This document shows, one piece after another, positions 14,510 through 26,695 of a stretch of DNA of 64,000 nucleotides. The notes beneath the pieces are model-generated. The model was not told the origin of the DNA. It worked only from the letters and a program-made list of their open reading frames with translations, and did not search any database. The position numbers were made by a program, and so were the translations under genes. The stretch lies in the NCBI GenBank assembly GCA_013265495.1, contig MU057711.1, positions 248,001 through 312,000 of the forward strand, in the 5' to 3' direction. The stretch comes from Vicugna vicugna (Eukaryota). Numbering within the stretch: position 1 is the first letter of the stretch; every line of letters starts with the position of its first letter.

Positions 14510-15065
14510 TGTATCGGGGTCCCCTCAACCACCCTTAGCCCCAGTGACCACTGGAAGGACTCACAGGACTCAAAAGGTGCTCTACTTACAGTTTATTACA
14601 GGGAAATTGTACAGGATAAAATCAGTGCAGGCACATGGGGCAAGCCCTGAGGATACCAAGCACAAGCTTCTGTCCCAGTAGAGCCATGTAAGACAGCTGC
14701 CCAGCAGTGACGTGTGACAGCACATGCACAGTGCTGCCAGCCACGGAAGCTTTCTCAGGCTTGACTGTCCAGGGTTTTCATCCAGGGTCAGTCCTGGAAG
14801 CCTTTTTTGTGACACCTACATGATTGACCTTGGTTATTTAAGCTCTAGCCCCGCCAGAGGAAAAGCAGATGTCCACCATAAATCACACTGTTAGCATAGA
14901 CCGTTGGGTCAAACGGTACAAAGTGGCTCAAGGCCTTAGGCACACAGATACACTCTTACCTGACAGAACATTCCAAGAAACCAGACAAGGGCCCATCCAT
15001 GCCTTTCTTGGGAATTTTCAGGCTATAAACAACCCAGGCCTCCTGAATCAACTGATTCCTACACA
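14510..15065. mobile_element. Solo LTR, MER21-like (ERVL)
   Basis: TG...CA termini with 5-bp flanks GAAGA/GAAGG. Interior resembles recalled MER21 (GGAAGGACTCACAGGACTCA, CACCATAAATCACACTGTTAGCATAGAC). Confidence 0.75.
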
Positions 15066-15561
15066 GAAGGGTTATGGCAGAAGGAAATTTCAAGAAACCA
15101 GAAAACAGGGAGTATGCCAGAACCGTAGAAAGGCCCTCTCCTTCAAGTATGCGTCGGGCTGTTGACACATTACAGACCCAAGACATTGAGGACTAAATTG
15201 AGAGCTGTTGATTTTCTCAACTTTACCCGTAGCAAATTCACTTCAGGAAAAGGGAGGTGCTTTTGTACCTGGGGGTAAGACTGAGGTTGAAAAAGTGTGG
15301 TATCATCTGGGATGACCCTTCTCACTACTCTCTCACTTGTCAAATATTGCTTAGGATATTACTTAGAGAATAAAACAAATCCCCTGTTATAAATAACGTT
15401 TAGAGGAGTAGAAAGAAACTCATTGTAAGCAATAGTAGATACACTTTATAGTACTGTGAGATTTTGAACAAAACAAAATCAAACAAAAAATCTTTGGGGA
15501 CCTTAGAATGTGAGTTCCTGGAGATCTTTGGCCCAAGAGAACAGACATCTATTGTTTTCAT

Positions 15562-15624
15562 GGGTTTTGTTTTTTGGGTTTTGGTTGGTTTTTTTGTTTT
15601 TTGTTTTTTGTTTTTTTGTTTGGT

Positions 15625-15655
<31 letters not shown>

Positions 15656-15713
15656 NNNNNNNNNNNNNNNNNNNNNNNNNNNNNNNNNNNNNNTTTTTTT
15701 TTTTTTTTTTTTT
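15562..15713. repeat. T-rich low-complexity/poly(T) tract containing a 38-N assembly gap (15656-15693)
   Basis: Seen directly. Confidence 0.95.
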
Positions 15714-16089
15714 GGTCTATGCCTGTTGGTTGTTTTGGGCTACAGGACTCTCTGGTGCTCAGCCCAGCACATTGGGATCTCAGAAATCTCACCACATTGC
15801 CATTCTTCAGGTCCTGAGGGTGGTTCTCAACCAGCCCAGTTTACTGCCTTCTTTTCAGCTCTCAGAGTCCTTTACTCATTATCCATTGAATTATCCCCAG
15901 GGTAAATAATTACACTTAGAGCAGGAAGGAAAACTGAGTCCAGGATATCTTGCTCCTACTTAGTCTTTTTTTTTCATTGATAATTTATCTTCATAAGTCT
16001 ATCTATGAATGAAAATTAAGGTTAGATCTCTTCTGTTCCTTAAATAGTCTTTTTTTCTGTAATTTTAAAAATAATACTTGCTATCATTT

Positions 16090-17745
16090 ATTGAGCATGT
16101 ATATATTTAATAGAAACTTTATTGAGATATAATTTACATCCTATATAATTTATTCATTTAAAGTGTAAAAATTCAATGGTTTTTAATATATTCACCACAA
16201 TTAATTTTAGAATAGTTTCACAACTCCCAAAAGAGACTGCTGTAGCTTTTAGCAGTCACTCTCCATTTTCTTCAGCCTTTCTCTCTCTCCCCATCACAGC
16301 CCTAGGCAACTACTGTCTACTTTCTGTCTATATGAATTTTCCTGTTCTGGATGTATCATATAAATGGTTTCATATAATATGTGGTATTTTGTGAATGGCT
16401 GTTTTCAGAGTTCATCAGTGGTTTAGCATGTATCAGTATTTTAGTCCTTTTTATGGCTAAATAACATTCCATTGTGTGTATATACCACATTTTATTTATC
16501 CATTCTTCTGGTGATAGACACTTGAGTTTTTTCCACTTTTTGGCTGTTGTGACTAATGCTACTGTGAAATTTTGTGTACAGATTTTTGTGATGTATTTTC
16601 ATTTTCCTTGGATATGACAGAATTGCTGAGTCATATGCTGACTCTGTGTTTAACATTTTGCAGACTGCAGGCTGTTTTTCAAAGTGAATGCACAATTTTG
16701 CGCTCCTATCAGCAATATATGAGGGTTCCAATTTCTCTACATTTTTGTCAACACTTGTTATTAGCCTTTGTTTTGATTATAGCCATTCTTGTGTGTAAGA
16801 AGTGGTATATATCATTGTGGTTTTGATTTGCATTTCCCTAGTTACTCTAGTTACTAAAGTCACTGAGCATCCCTTCATGTATTTATTGGGTGGATGGATA
16901 TGTATACTCGTCTTTGGGCAAATGTCTGTTAAGATATTGTGCTCATTTTTAAATTGGGTTCTTTGTTTTCTTATTATTGTGTTGTAAGGGTTCTTCATGT
17001 GTTCTACACATGAGTCCTTTCTGTGATTTGTAAATATTTTCTCCCATTTAGTAAAGTGTCATTCCAATTTGTTGATGGTGTCATTTGAAGCACAGACATT
17101 TTCCATTTCAATTAAGTTTAATTTAGCTTTTTTTTTTATTTGATTGCTGTGCTTTTGGTGTCATATCTAAGAAACTGTTGTTTAACCAGGATCACAAAGA
17201 TTTATGCCTATGTTTTCTTCTAAGAAATTTATAGGATTAGCTCTTAAATTTAAGTCTCTGTTCCATTTTGAGTTAACTTTTGTATATGGCAGGCATTCAA
17301 CTTCATTCTTTACGTGTGAATATCTGATTGTCACAGCACCATTTCTTGAATTTCCTGAGTGCTCTTTTTGCTTTTATTATTGTGGTAAAAATATGCATTA
17401 TATATTTATCATTTTAACCATTCATAAGTGTACAATTCAGTGGTGCTAAATACATTTACAGTGTTGTATAACCACTGCTGCTATCGACACTCAAAACTTT
17501 TTTGTCATCCCGAACAAAAACTCTATCCAGTAACCAGTGACTCCCCCGACTCCCCTCCCTCCAGGTCCTAGTAACCTTTATTCTGCTTTCTGTATCTATG
17601 AAATTATGTGTTTATATGTACATAATATGTACATACATTTATGTGTGGATTTATGCATTTATATGAATTTATTTGTACCTCATATAAGTACAATACAGTA
17701 TTTGCCATTCTGTGTCTGGCTTATTTCACTTAGCATAATAACCAA
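16090..17745 (-). mobile_element. Old L1M 3'-end fragments (at least two, the second from ~17370)
   Basis: Antisense L1 3'UTR and ORF2-end sequence (TTTATTGAGATATAATTTACA; ATTGTGGTTTTGATTTGCATTTCCCT). Confidence 0.85.
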
Positions 17746-20389
17746 GGTAATTTTTGTGTTTTGTTAATGTGGTGTTTCTCTTTCTTTCTTTGGTTATGCT
17801 GTCACATATTTGGTGATCCTCAAATATTAGGTGATAGATGGTCTGATTTTCTCAGTGTATTAAGTAAGTCTCCTCACCCCCTGCCCTGACCCGAACAGGA
17901 GGTGAGGAAGATGTGATTGAGAGTTTTGTTTCTTGGGGATCTGGTGGGGAACAGACAAGATACTCATCACCCTTGCCAAATGCCAGAATGTGAAGGGCTT
18001 TACTTTGAGGCACCTGTTACCAACACTGGAAACATTAACTGCCCCAGCCAGTTTGTTCAATCCATTAGGAGAAAAACCCCATTTTATTCCTGACTGTGGC
18101 TCCCTGTGTGGGGCCTGCGGCCGGCCACTGTGGCCTTTAATCGGTTCTGTGTCATGCCCTACTTCTCCCAAATGCCCTCCTTGAAATCTTCAAACCAGGT
18201 GACCCTCAGGGTCACCCTGTTTGGTGGCAGCATTATGGTCATTCTCTGATTATATAAGCTTCCTCTGCTCTGCTTTATTCATTAATGCACTTCTATTTGC
18301 CATCTTTTACACTGGAAATGTGCTGAAATACCTTATTTAATGTGGCCCTTTTTCTCCTTTTCTTTATTCCCAAGGTTTTAGTCTTTTTGGTCTATTTTTA
18401 ACAACTCTATGGCCATTTCTGTGGGGTCTGGAGAGGAGTGAGAATTGAGTGCACTCTGCTTTCTAGAACTAGAAGCCCGGGCCTCACTCTCCACACTGGA
18501 GTCTTAGCTCTTTGTTTCTGTTAAATTTCTTTTCTCCAGCCACACTCTTACGCTTCTTCAGATGCTGGTTGATGAACCTAACACTAGGATTTGAGCAGAG
18601 TAGATATTCATTAAACAGTTGTGATGTCCCCAACTAGGTGCAGACCAAGTAAATTAAATGCCAAAATTATTCAAATTGTCTGGTAAAGACACATGTGAAA
18701 GAAAATAATTTTTACCAAACTCTGACATTAATCTGCCCTTTATTCTTATACATAGGATAACAATGCCTGCTCCACTTACCCCCACTTTCTTATGTCACAT
18801 TTGATTTGAAAAAGATAAATTATACAAAAGACCATATTATCCAGTCATCCTATACATTACTTCCTGAGAACAAGTCTTGTGGGTTTAGAAGCTGTGACAG
18901 TAAGGCTGCTTTCCTGTAGCCCTTTGCATCCTCCATGTTACACTTGTCACTCTGTTGTAGTTGTTGGTTTACATGCCTGCCTCTGGCCAGGTCCTCAGAG
19001 CAGGGAATGTCTTATTCTTCTTTGTCTTCTATCCGTCTAGTTTGGCATTTGACAGGGCCAGAGAAAGGAAGTGAGAGAAAATAAGAATAACCATTACTGA
19101 GTGTGCTCCTGATGCTTATAGGCACTGCACAAACTATTTAATATGTATTATGTCTGATTTTAACACTTCTCTGAAATAAATGCTATCATGCTGATTTACA
19201 GATAGATAATGCAAATCTTGAACAGTTGAGTAATTTTTCAAAGGTCACACAGTTGTCAAGAGGTAGAATGAATATGAAGTGTTAACTGAAGGAGAGGGGG
19301 AAGGGCTGGCAGACATGGAAGCAGTGATTCGTAATGGTATGAAGGGGTTAACAGAGGAAATGGCTTGCTTCCTGAACAGCCTGATTCAATACTAAATCAC
19401 AGATGCACCTGTGCCTTAGAACACTGAGAGGCCTGTGGAAAGGATCTGAAAAATTAAATGCAAAGATGTCACATCAGTACAAAATGTATGCTTGGGATTC
19501 ATTATATATACCATTTATCACGTTAAAAGGGTCTAATGGTTACTTTCTTCTCTGTTAGCACTAGGATGAGGCCAAGTCCACAAATCTAACAATCTAATTT
19601 TATTATGGAGTTCCTTCTTCCTTATCCAAAGAAAAATACTGTTCAGACACTGGCAGGCTTCTTTATTTGGGCATTTACACCCCTGTTTCTTTCACCCTAA
19701 CTTGTTCCTGTTAGGGAGTCCATCGTTCTCTGTTGCCCAGGAGACTCTGGTGCTGATTACCTGCTGATTGTCCCTGAGTGAGACTTACCCTGTTCGCAGT
19801 GCAGAGCCTCTGCCCTGTTAGTGTGAGATAGGTTGCTTGAAGACTGTGTTTGCTTCCAGCCTTTGCTACTCATTCATACTTGGAAGCAACTGTATGCAGC
19901 TGACCATGTACATTTCACGGATTCATTCATTTCTGTATTACAGTTGTCCACTGGGGATAAGTGACCTTATAGAGGACATTCTTTTATAGCACCTGGGAGC
20001 TTTCTGGAGTTCTAGAGCAAATGGACTTTATTTTAAAATGTGTGTTATATACTAATCAACCTACAGAAGATTCCTGGTTCAATGGGAAGACAAACTGAAT
20101 ACTGTCTTAAATTTTGCAGAATTCTGTCTGAAAGTAACATATTTAACAGGCAATAGCAAAAGACTGGCCAGGAATTGGGTTTCTTTTCTTTATTTATAAA
20201 GCAATTTGCAAAAAATTGAACTTGTTTCTTGAAATAGATGTTGAATGCAAGATAAGTTTTACATAAATAAATCCATCTCATATCAAAGGAAAAGTCATAG
20301 GAAAAAACACTCTGATATGAAAATGCTATTTTAATATTCAAGAATATAAATAGTAGAGACTTTATGAAGCTGGACATTCTGCCTAGCAA

Positions 20390-20602
20390 AACATTTAAGA
20401 GCACAGGCTCTGGAGGCACACTGTATGGGTTTGAATCGAAGCATGGGCAAGCTGATTAACCTCTGTGTGCCTTTGTTTCCTCACATGTAAAATCAGAGTA
20501 ATAGCTCATAGAGTTGCTGAGGATTTAAATGAGTTAATACAGGTAAAGAGCTTAGAAGAGCTCCTAGGTCATAGTTTATCACTCAACAAACGTTAGCTAT
20601 TA
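20390..20602 (+). mobile_element. MIR SINE
   Basis: TTAAGAGCACAGGCTCTGGAG ... TTAACCTCTGTGTGCCTTTGTTTCCTCACATGTAAAAT ... GAGGATTTAAATGAGTTAATA. Confidence 0.8.
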
Positions 20603-22035
20603 TTACTTGCGTTTTGATAGTTCCAATGCAGGCAGGCTAGTTAACTGAGGCACCCAGCAGTTAATGAAAAGAAAAGCTGCAGGTCCTGTTGCTCTTGAAC
20701 ATGGCTCATTTGAAACAAAGAGAGCAGACAATTTTGGAAGGCTAGGCTCGAGACTTAGTTTTTTGCCAGGATACAGGTAATGCAGATGGTGGAATAAAGG
20801 GATGTTCAAGGAAAGGCAGGAGAAAAGAATCTAGCAGGAATGTAGAATAGTATCATTGGATTGAACATATGGAGAATTTTGACTTTGAGACAGTGGTTCA
20901 AGACAGCTGACTACCTAGCTGGCTGGCGGGAACAGTATGGCACAGGAAGAAACTCAGATGCAGGTGCCTTGACCTCGCATGGTTCACCACATTGTAATCT
21001 GGGGAAGATCTTCTTAACGTTTATGGAGTGTAGTTCTCTAATCTATAAAATTATTTGGCTGGATTTGATTCATGAATCTCCTTCTAGCACTTTTGCTGCT
21101 GGCTTCCATGATCTAGGTTATTGGTAACCTTTGAGTGATTTTAGTGGGTAGTGTGCCCAGAAGCCAGATTGTAGGAAGTTAAAGAGTGATTAAATGGTGG
21201 GAGACCATCTGTTCAGGAAGTGAATTTGCTGCAGTCCAAGACAGGTTATAAGCCTCTCCTAATTTAGTAGATGTGGTACATAGCAGTCCTAGAATATGGA
21301 TTTATACTGTCTTTCCTTTTTATATTCTTGTTTCATATCTGTTCACAGTTTTTAAAGATTTATTAATCTTAGGTGATTTAAGGAAATTTTGCATGAGGCT
21401 CAGTTTTATTTGTTCATTCTAATGCTCTGAAATAGTTTAACTAGTTTGAGACATAATTTCTACTTAAAGGATTAAAAGAAACTCTACTTCATTAGCTTGG
21501 CAAAAAAAGAAAGTGTTTGTGTGGGACCAAAAAGCCAAATTTATCTACAAGCATGGGAATGAATTTGAGTACTGAACAGAAGTTCTTATGATTATCGTAA
21601 TAAAACAATAAAATAGTCAAGGCATCAAAAATGCTTCTGAAAGCCTGGCCTGCATATGCCACAGCTACACAGAGGGCCTCATCAGAATACTGTCTGCAGT
21701 CTTTAAGAGAAATGAGAGTCTCCTATCAACTAATATTTATACCAGAGCCAATGAAAATTAAATGCCTTGATCTCAAATATCTAGAACTGGGAAAAGTTAA
21801 ACTTGAAGTTAAAAAAAAAGAGCTTATACAAATTTAATAGCACCATTCTAATTAACCCACTAAACTTACTAAAATGAAAATTTCTAATAATAGGCATGTA
21901 ATATAATATTTCATCTACAAGATGAAAGCTTCTTATAGTCATGGCTGAAATAGAGAGGAAGAATAGATCCAAGTGAGAAAACAAGGGTTTTTGTCCAGAG
22001 GAAAGATGTACGAGGAATATTATGATCAAGTATTG

Positions 22036-22171
22036 GGGTTTTTTTCTGGAGGGAGGGGAAGGTAATTAGGTTAGTTTGTTTGTTTGTTTATTTAATGGAG
22101 GTGCTGGGGATTGAACCCAGGACCTTGTGTGTGCTAAGCATGCGCTCTACCAATGAGCTATACCCTCCCCC
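22036..22171 (-). mobile_element. tRNA-Ala-derived camelid SINE (vic-1-like)
   Basis: Minus strand GGGGAGGGTATAGCTCATTGGTAGAGCGCATGCTTAGC...GGTTCAATCCCCAGCACCTCCA. TSD CAAGTATTG at 22027-22035 and 22172-22180. Confidence 0.88.
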
Positions 22172-23074
22172 CAAGTATTGTTTTAATGAACCCACTATGA
22201 GTCTCAATTTGTGCCCCTGTTCTGGTTCAACCCACTGAGCCAACTTATATTCTGGCATTTTACTCTGAGAAAAGAATCCTATTTATTCATAAATATAAAT
22301 AAATTTCTGAATTTAATAGAACTTCCCTACTTCCCTTTTTTTCCCCTTATTTTGAATCTACTAACAGTTTTTAAAGGTCTGTTGATCTTTGAAGAAAAAC
22401 CTATCCTTTATTTCTACTCTGACCTCCTCATACTTAATGATACATATTACAAGGAGCTGCCAACCAGAGGACTGGGCTTTGGGAGCCCCACCGCTGAGGA
22501 ACAGTGTACTCTCATGAAATCCTTAGAGAGTCCCAGGTCTTTTTGCCATCATTCTGAATAAAATACGAGTATTTTTGGTTACCTACTTGAAGTGGTATTT
22601 TACATTTATGGCATAATCATCGTGGTAGAGCAGATCATGTATGTTGAAGCACCCTTGAGAGAATCCAATTTCATGTTTATCATTTTCAGTGACACCCAAG
22701 CTTTGAATCTGAGAAGTAGATTAGCACATTTAATATGCAAATTAAAATGAATTGATCTACTTTGACAGTCTTTGGAGAAAAGGCCAATATGAAAAGAATT
22801 CTTTTTGGTCATAAGAGCTTATTTTCCAAGCTGCAAAGATTCTAAATTTAGGATGAAAGTCAGTATTTACTAAATCATGTACATATTTATACAGATCTGG
22901 GTTAAAAAACATACATACTTGTTGGTCTCTCATTTTTCAAATTAATGAAGAAAGAGGGATTTCATACTTTGTTTTCTGAAAATACAGGTGCATAAAATTT
23001 TGTACAAATTATTTTCCTGAAGATTAAAGAATACCACATATATGTAATAAATTTTTATTTTTAAGAAGGTGACA

Positions 23075-23290
23075 TAGTATAGCGGCTTTGCATCATACAG
23101 ACCTAGCTATAAAACAGATTTCTTCTCCTGACTAACTCTGTGACCTTGGACAATTTAATTAATCTCTCTAGACCTCACTGTCTTCATCTCTTAACTAGGG
23201 ATAATACTTCCCAACTCATGGTGGTCATGTATGATTAAATGGCGATCTGTGTATGTAAAGCTCTTAAATGTCTGATACATTTAGGTTATA
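23075..23290 (+). mobile_element. MIR SINE
   Basis: Core CTGTGACCTTGGACAATTTAATTAATCTCTCTAGACCTCACTGTCTTCATCT. Confidence 0.7.
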
Positions 23291-23504
23291 AGGCCTAAAT
23301 GAATATTGTGGCAATTTTTACTTTATTCCAAATAACTTATTTTACAAATAATACTACTTTCTCATTAATGAGAATGAGAAAAATCCTAAAAAGTCTGGAG
23401 AAAAACATTATATTTTCAACATTTGGCTATTACTATGCATTACAGCCTTATTTGATATTCATTTTTACATAATTACTTTTCATATTATTTCTATTTATTA
23501 AAAA

Positions 23505-23948
23505 TGATAAGCCAGACTATTCAGCACCGTCATACTAGGTATAGGTACCACTGCAGTGGGATTTTACATGGGGAAGAGAGATTGGACTCAACTCCAAATA
23601 CAGCATTGGCATGAAGGAATTTATAGCCAAGGAGCAGGGTGAGGGTCGGTGGGTGGAAAATTACTAAGAGGAAATATCACAGATGAGGGGCATTCTGGCT
23701 AAACCAACCAATAGGATTCTTTGCTGAAGACAGGCCAGGATGATAAACTATCTCTTGGGGGATTGAGGGTGAATGAGGAACCCGATCAGTTATGGAGGAT
23801 GAACAGATAGATACTGAGTGTGTGGGTTCTGCTTAAATGGAGTTACAGCATTCTTGCTAAAACAGAACTTACAAGGAAGCACCAAGATGAGCCTAGGAGA
23901 AGCTTCCGGAGCCTGACTGAAGTTTGAGTAGGTGAAGAATCTTTGTCA
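23505..23948 (-). mobile_element. Solo LTR, MER31/MER67-like (ERV1)
   Basis: Minus strand begins TGACAAAGATTCTTCACC...AAACTTCAGTCAGGCTCC and has repeated AGCAAGAAT/GAATCC motifs, as in the recalled MER31 consensus. Confidence 0.7.
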
Positions 23949-25200
23949 GTGGGACTTATATTATTAATGCCATTGTCCTAGGTTCTCATCATCCCTAAAT
24001 TATGACTAAGGCAGGTAGTCATGACCAGCATGTCTTTTATTATTGCATCTCCCACACAACTAGCACAGTGCTTCCCACCCAGGCCATCAAGTAATCTCTT
24101 ATCAACCAATCATGTACCAGTAGGAATGTGAAACCACCGTTAGTTTGTCGTTCCTTCGTTTTCTCTTACACTGGAAAATTTTTCTTTTCTTTCTTTCTTT
24201 TTTTTTTCAGGTTTGAGGGCGTTTGCCCTTATTAATGATCATTATATATTAAAATACCTCTTATAGAAACTTTTATAACTCCTGTTTGATTAAATATTAT
24301 AGTTGGGCTGTTTTGCAGAAGATAAGATTTGAATTTGCAAAGGATTGGAAAGGATATAAAGGAAGGATTAGCTTTATTAAGTAAGGAGCCATTTGAATAT
24401 ATATCTTAGGTTATATTCAACTTAAAAAAATTAAATTTTGAGTATTTGACCTTTTGTCTTGTATGTCTTTGATTGACTGTCCCCTATGCATATATAAGCC
24501 AGTGTTTTAATTTGGACAGGGGCTTTTGTTAAAATCTGGAATGTAGTTCCACTTTAAAATTTAGCCCTATATTGATAGGTTTCATTTGGCCTAAATACAA
24601 CTTAACTGTCTATTGTATGTTCTCGAATTACATTATCCTGTTGCATCCCATACTTCGTAAGAATGGTACTGACTCAGAACTCTCAGAATATAATGCCTAA
24701 GAAGTGTATCTTTTGAAGTCACTTTCAGAGTTTTAGGAGAAGACCATATTCATATAGTGCAGATAATTTTGATATAACTTTATAAATAATTTTCATAAAT
24801 TTTATGAATTTTCATGAGAAAATCTTCATATTTTATAGTTCTCCTTAATTAATTTTGTGAGCATCTTATTATTTCCCCAGTCTTATTTAAAATGTCTTCC
24901 ATTGTGGGAGCCTGTGGCTTGGACAGCAAGATAGTTTATTGAGATGAAAGGGACACTGTTGCATGATCAGATAACTGAACCTGATTATGACTCTTCTAAT
25001 CACATCATTAATCAGAGACTGAAGGAACTAATAAAGTTAGCCCAAGAGTATGTAAATGTGGCAATGAAGAATAAATAACCCTATGTGATACAGCATGAGT
25101 CCTCACTTGCACTAGGTCAAAATTGTTAAAAGTGGGAGATAGAGTTTTAAGTTCTCAGAAGGGTCTATAAAAATAAAGATTAAAACTATGCTAATGGAGG

Positions 25201-25395
25201 TCAGGAATTAGGAGTTACAGACTCAGGAATTAGGAGTTACAAACTACTATGTATAAAATAAATAAGCTACAAGTATATGTTGTACAGCACAAGGAAGATG
25301 GCCAATATTTTATAGTAACTTTAAATGAGTATAAATGTTTTTCAACCACTGTGTTGTACACCTGAAACTAATATAACATTGTAAGATCCATCTAA
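25201..25395 (+). mobile_element. Short L1 3'UTR fragment with a 22-bp tandem duplication at its 5' edge
   Basis: TCAGGAATTAGGAGTTACA(G/A)AC occurs twice (25201-25244), followed by L1 3' sequence GTTGTACACCTGAAACTAATATAACATTGTAA. Confidence 0.75.
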
Positions 25396-25599
25396 TGAAT
25401 CTTTTTTTTTTAATCCCACGCAGTGATGAAAACTCCTCATTCCTAGGCACTAACTCACCCAACTTTTTTCCTTCCACCTTTTTCCTCTTCTGCTTTGATA
25501 TCCATTCTTTCTTCTGTATGTCAACCTCTTCTCTACTTACTTCTTCCACTGAATCTGTAGAGATGTTTAATTGTCCCCTGACAAAACAAAACAAAACAA

Positions 25600-26695
25600 A
25601 ACAAAAACCTTCCTCAACTGTGCCCTTCTCTCAGGGCCCTCTCTCATGTTCCCATTTTTCTTTCCCTTTCAAACATCTTAGAAAAATGCTTGACCATCAC
25701 CATTTCCTCAAGTTCTGGGCACTCCTTACTGTGTGCAGTCTGACTGCTTATACCACCACTCTACTAAAACCACACGTGAGAGGATACTGATGACCTCCTA
25801 ATTGCTAAATCCATCAATCTCTCTTCAGACTTTAATCTGCTTGACTTCAAAGATATTCAGCAGCCTTGAGCACTCCCTTTTCCTTCATACTCTGTAAAAA
25901 CACAGCAGTAATCTTTGATTCCTCTGTACCTGTATGCTTCTTCCCTTCCCAATCCAGTCCTGTCATTGTTGTTTCCTAAATATTCCTGAAATCTTTTTGC
26001 TTGCTCCTCCTTCATTCCCACCACCATAGCCCAGGCCACCATCATCTCTCGGCTGTGCCCTCCAACTAATCTCCTTGTGTCCAGTCTGCCTTCTGCAAAC
26101 CACGCCTGTACGGCAGCCATCATAACAGAAGTTAATATATATAAAATTCTTGGGCAGAACCTGACCCATAAGAAGTACTATGTATGCATTTATTACTATT
26201 GTTCTAAAAGTGTAAATTACCTTGAGTCTTTTCCCCTTAGATGAAAGCCAAATGCTTTGTTGCCTGAGAAACCACCCTCATCTCTTACCATTCTTTTGCT
26301 TGCCTATTATGCTCCTGATACATTGGTCTCCCCTTAGTTCCTCAGACACCTGAAGTCTTTTCCTCTCAGGGCCTTGGCTGTTCCTTCTGAGTGTTTGTTA
26401 CTAGATCTTGTTCCTTTTTGTTGTTGAATTCAGTCTCAGATTTAATGGCACCTGCTGAGAGAATTATTTTCTGACCATCAATCTAAAATAGCCCTGCCTC
26501 TAGCTACTCTATTAGATCACCCTTTACATTTATTATGGTATTTATCACTTTTAAGTTATTTAATTATTTGTGTATTTTATTTACTTACTTGTATTCATCT
26601 GTCTCCCCAACCCCCACTGAAATGTAAGTTTCATGGGAGGACTTTGTCTTATTTGTCTGACACATAGTAGGTAAGATAATAATTTACTGAATAAA
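25600..26695 (+). mobile_element. L2 LINE fragments
   Basis: Pyrimidine-rich L2-like sequence (TGACCTCCTAATTGCTAAATCCA; GCCCAGGCCACCATCATCTCTC) ending ACATAGTAGG...TTTACTGAATAAAT. Confidence 0.65.

Noticed and set aside
15400..15909. Poly-K/poly-F ORFs
   Set aside because: Artefacts of the T tract and the N gap.
22095..22171. Functional tRNA-Ala gene (also ~13150-13225)
   Set aside because: It has a SINE tail, a TSD and a diverged cloverleaf, so it is a tRNA-derived SINE.
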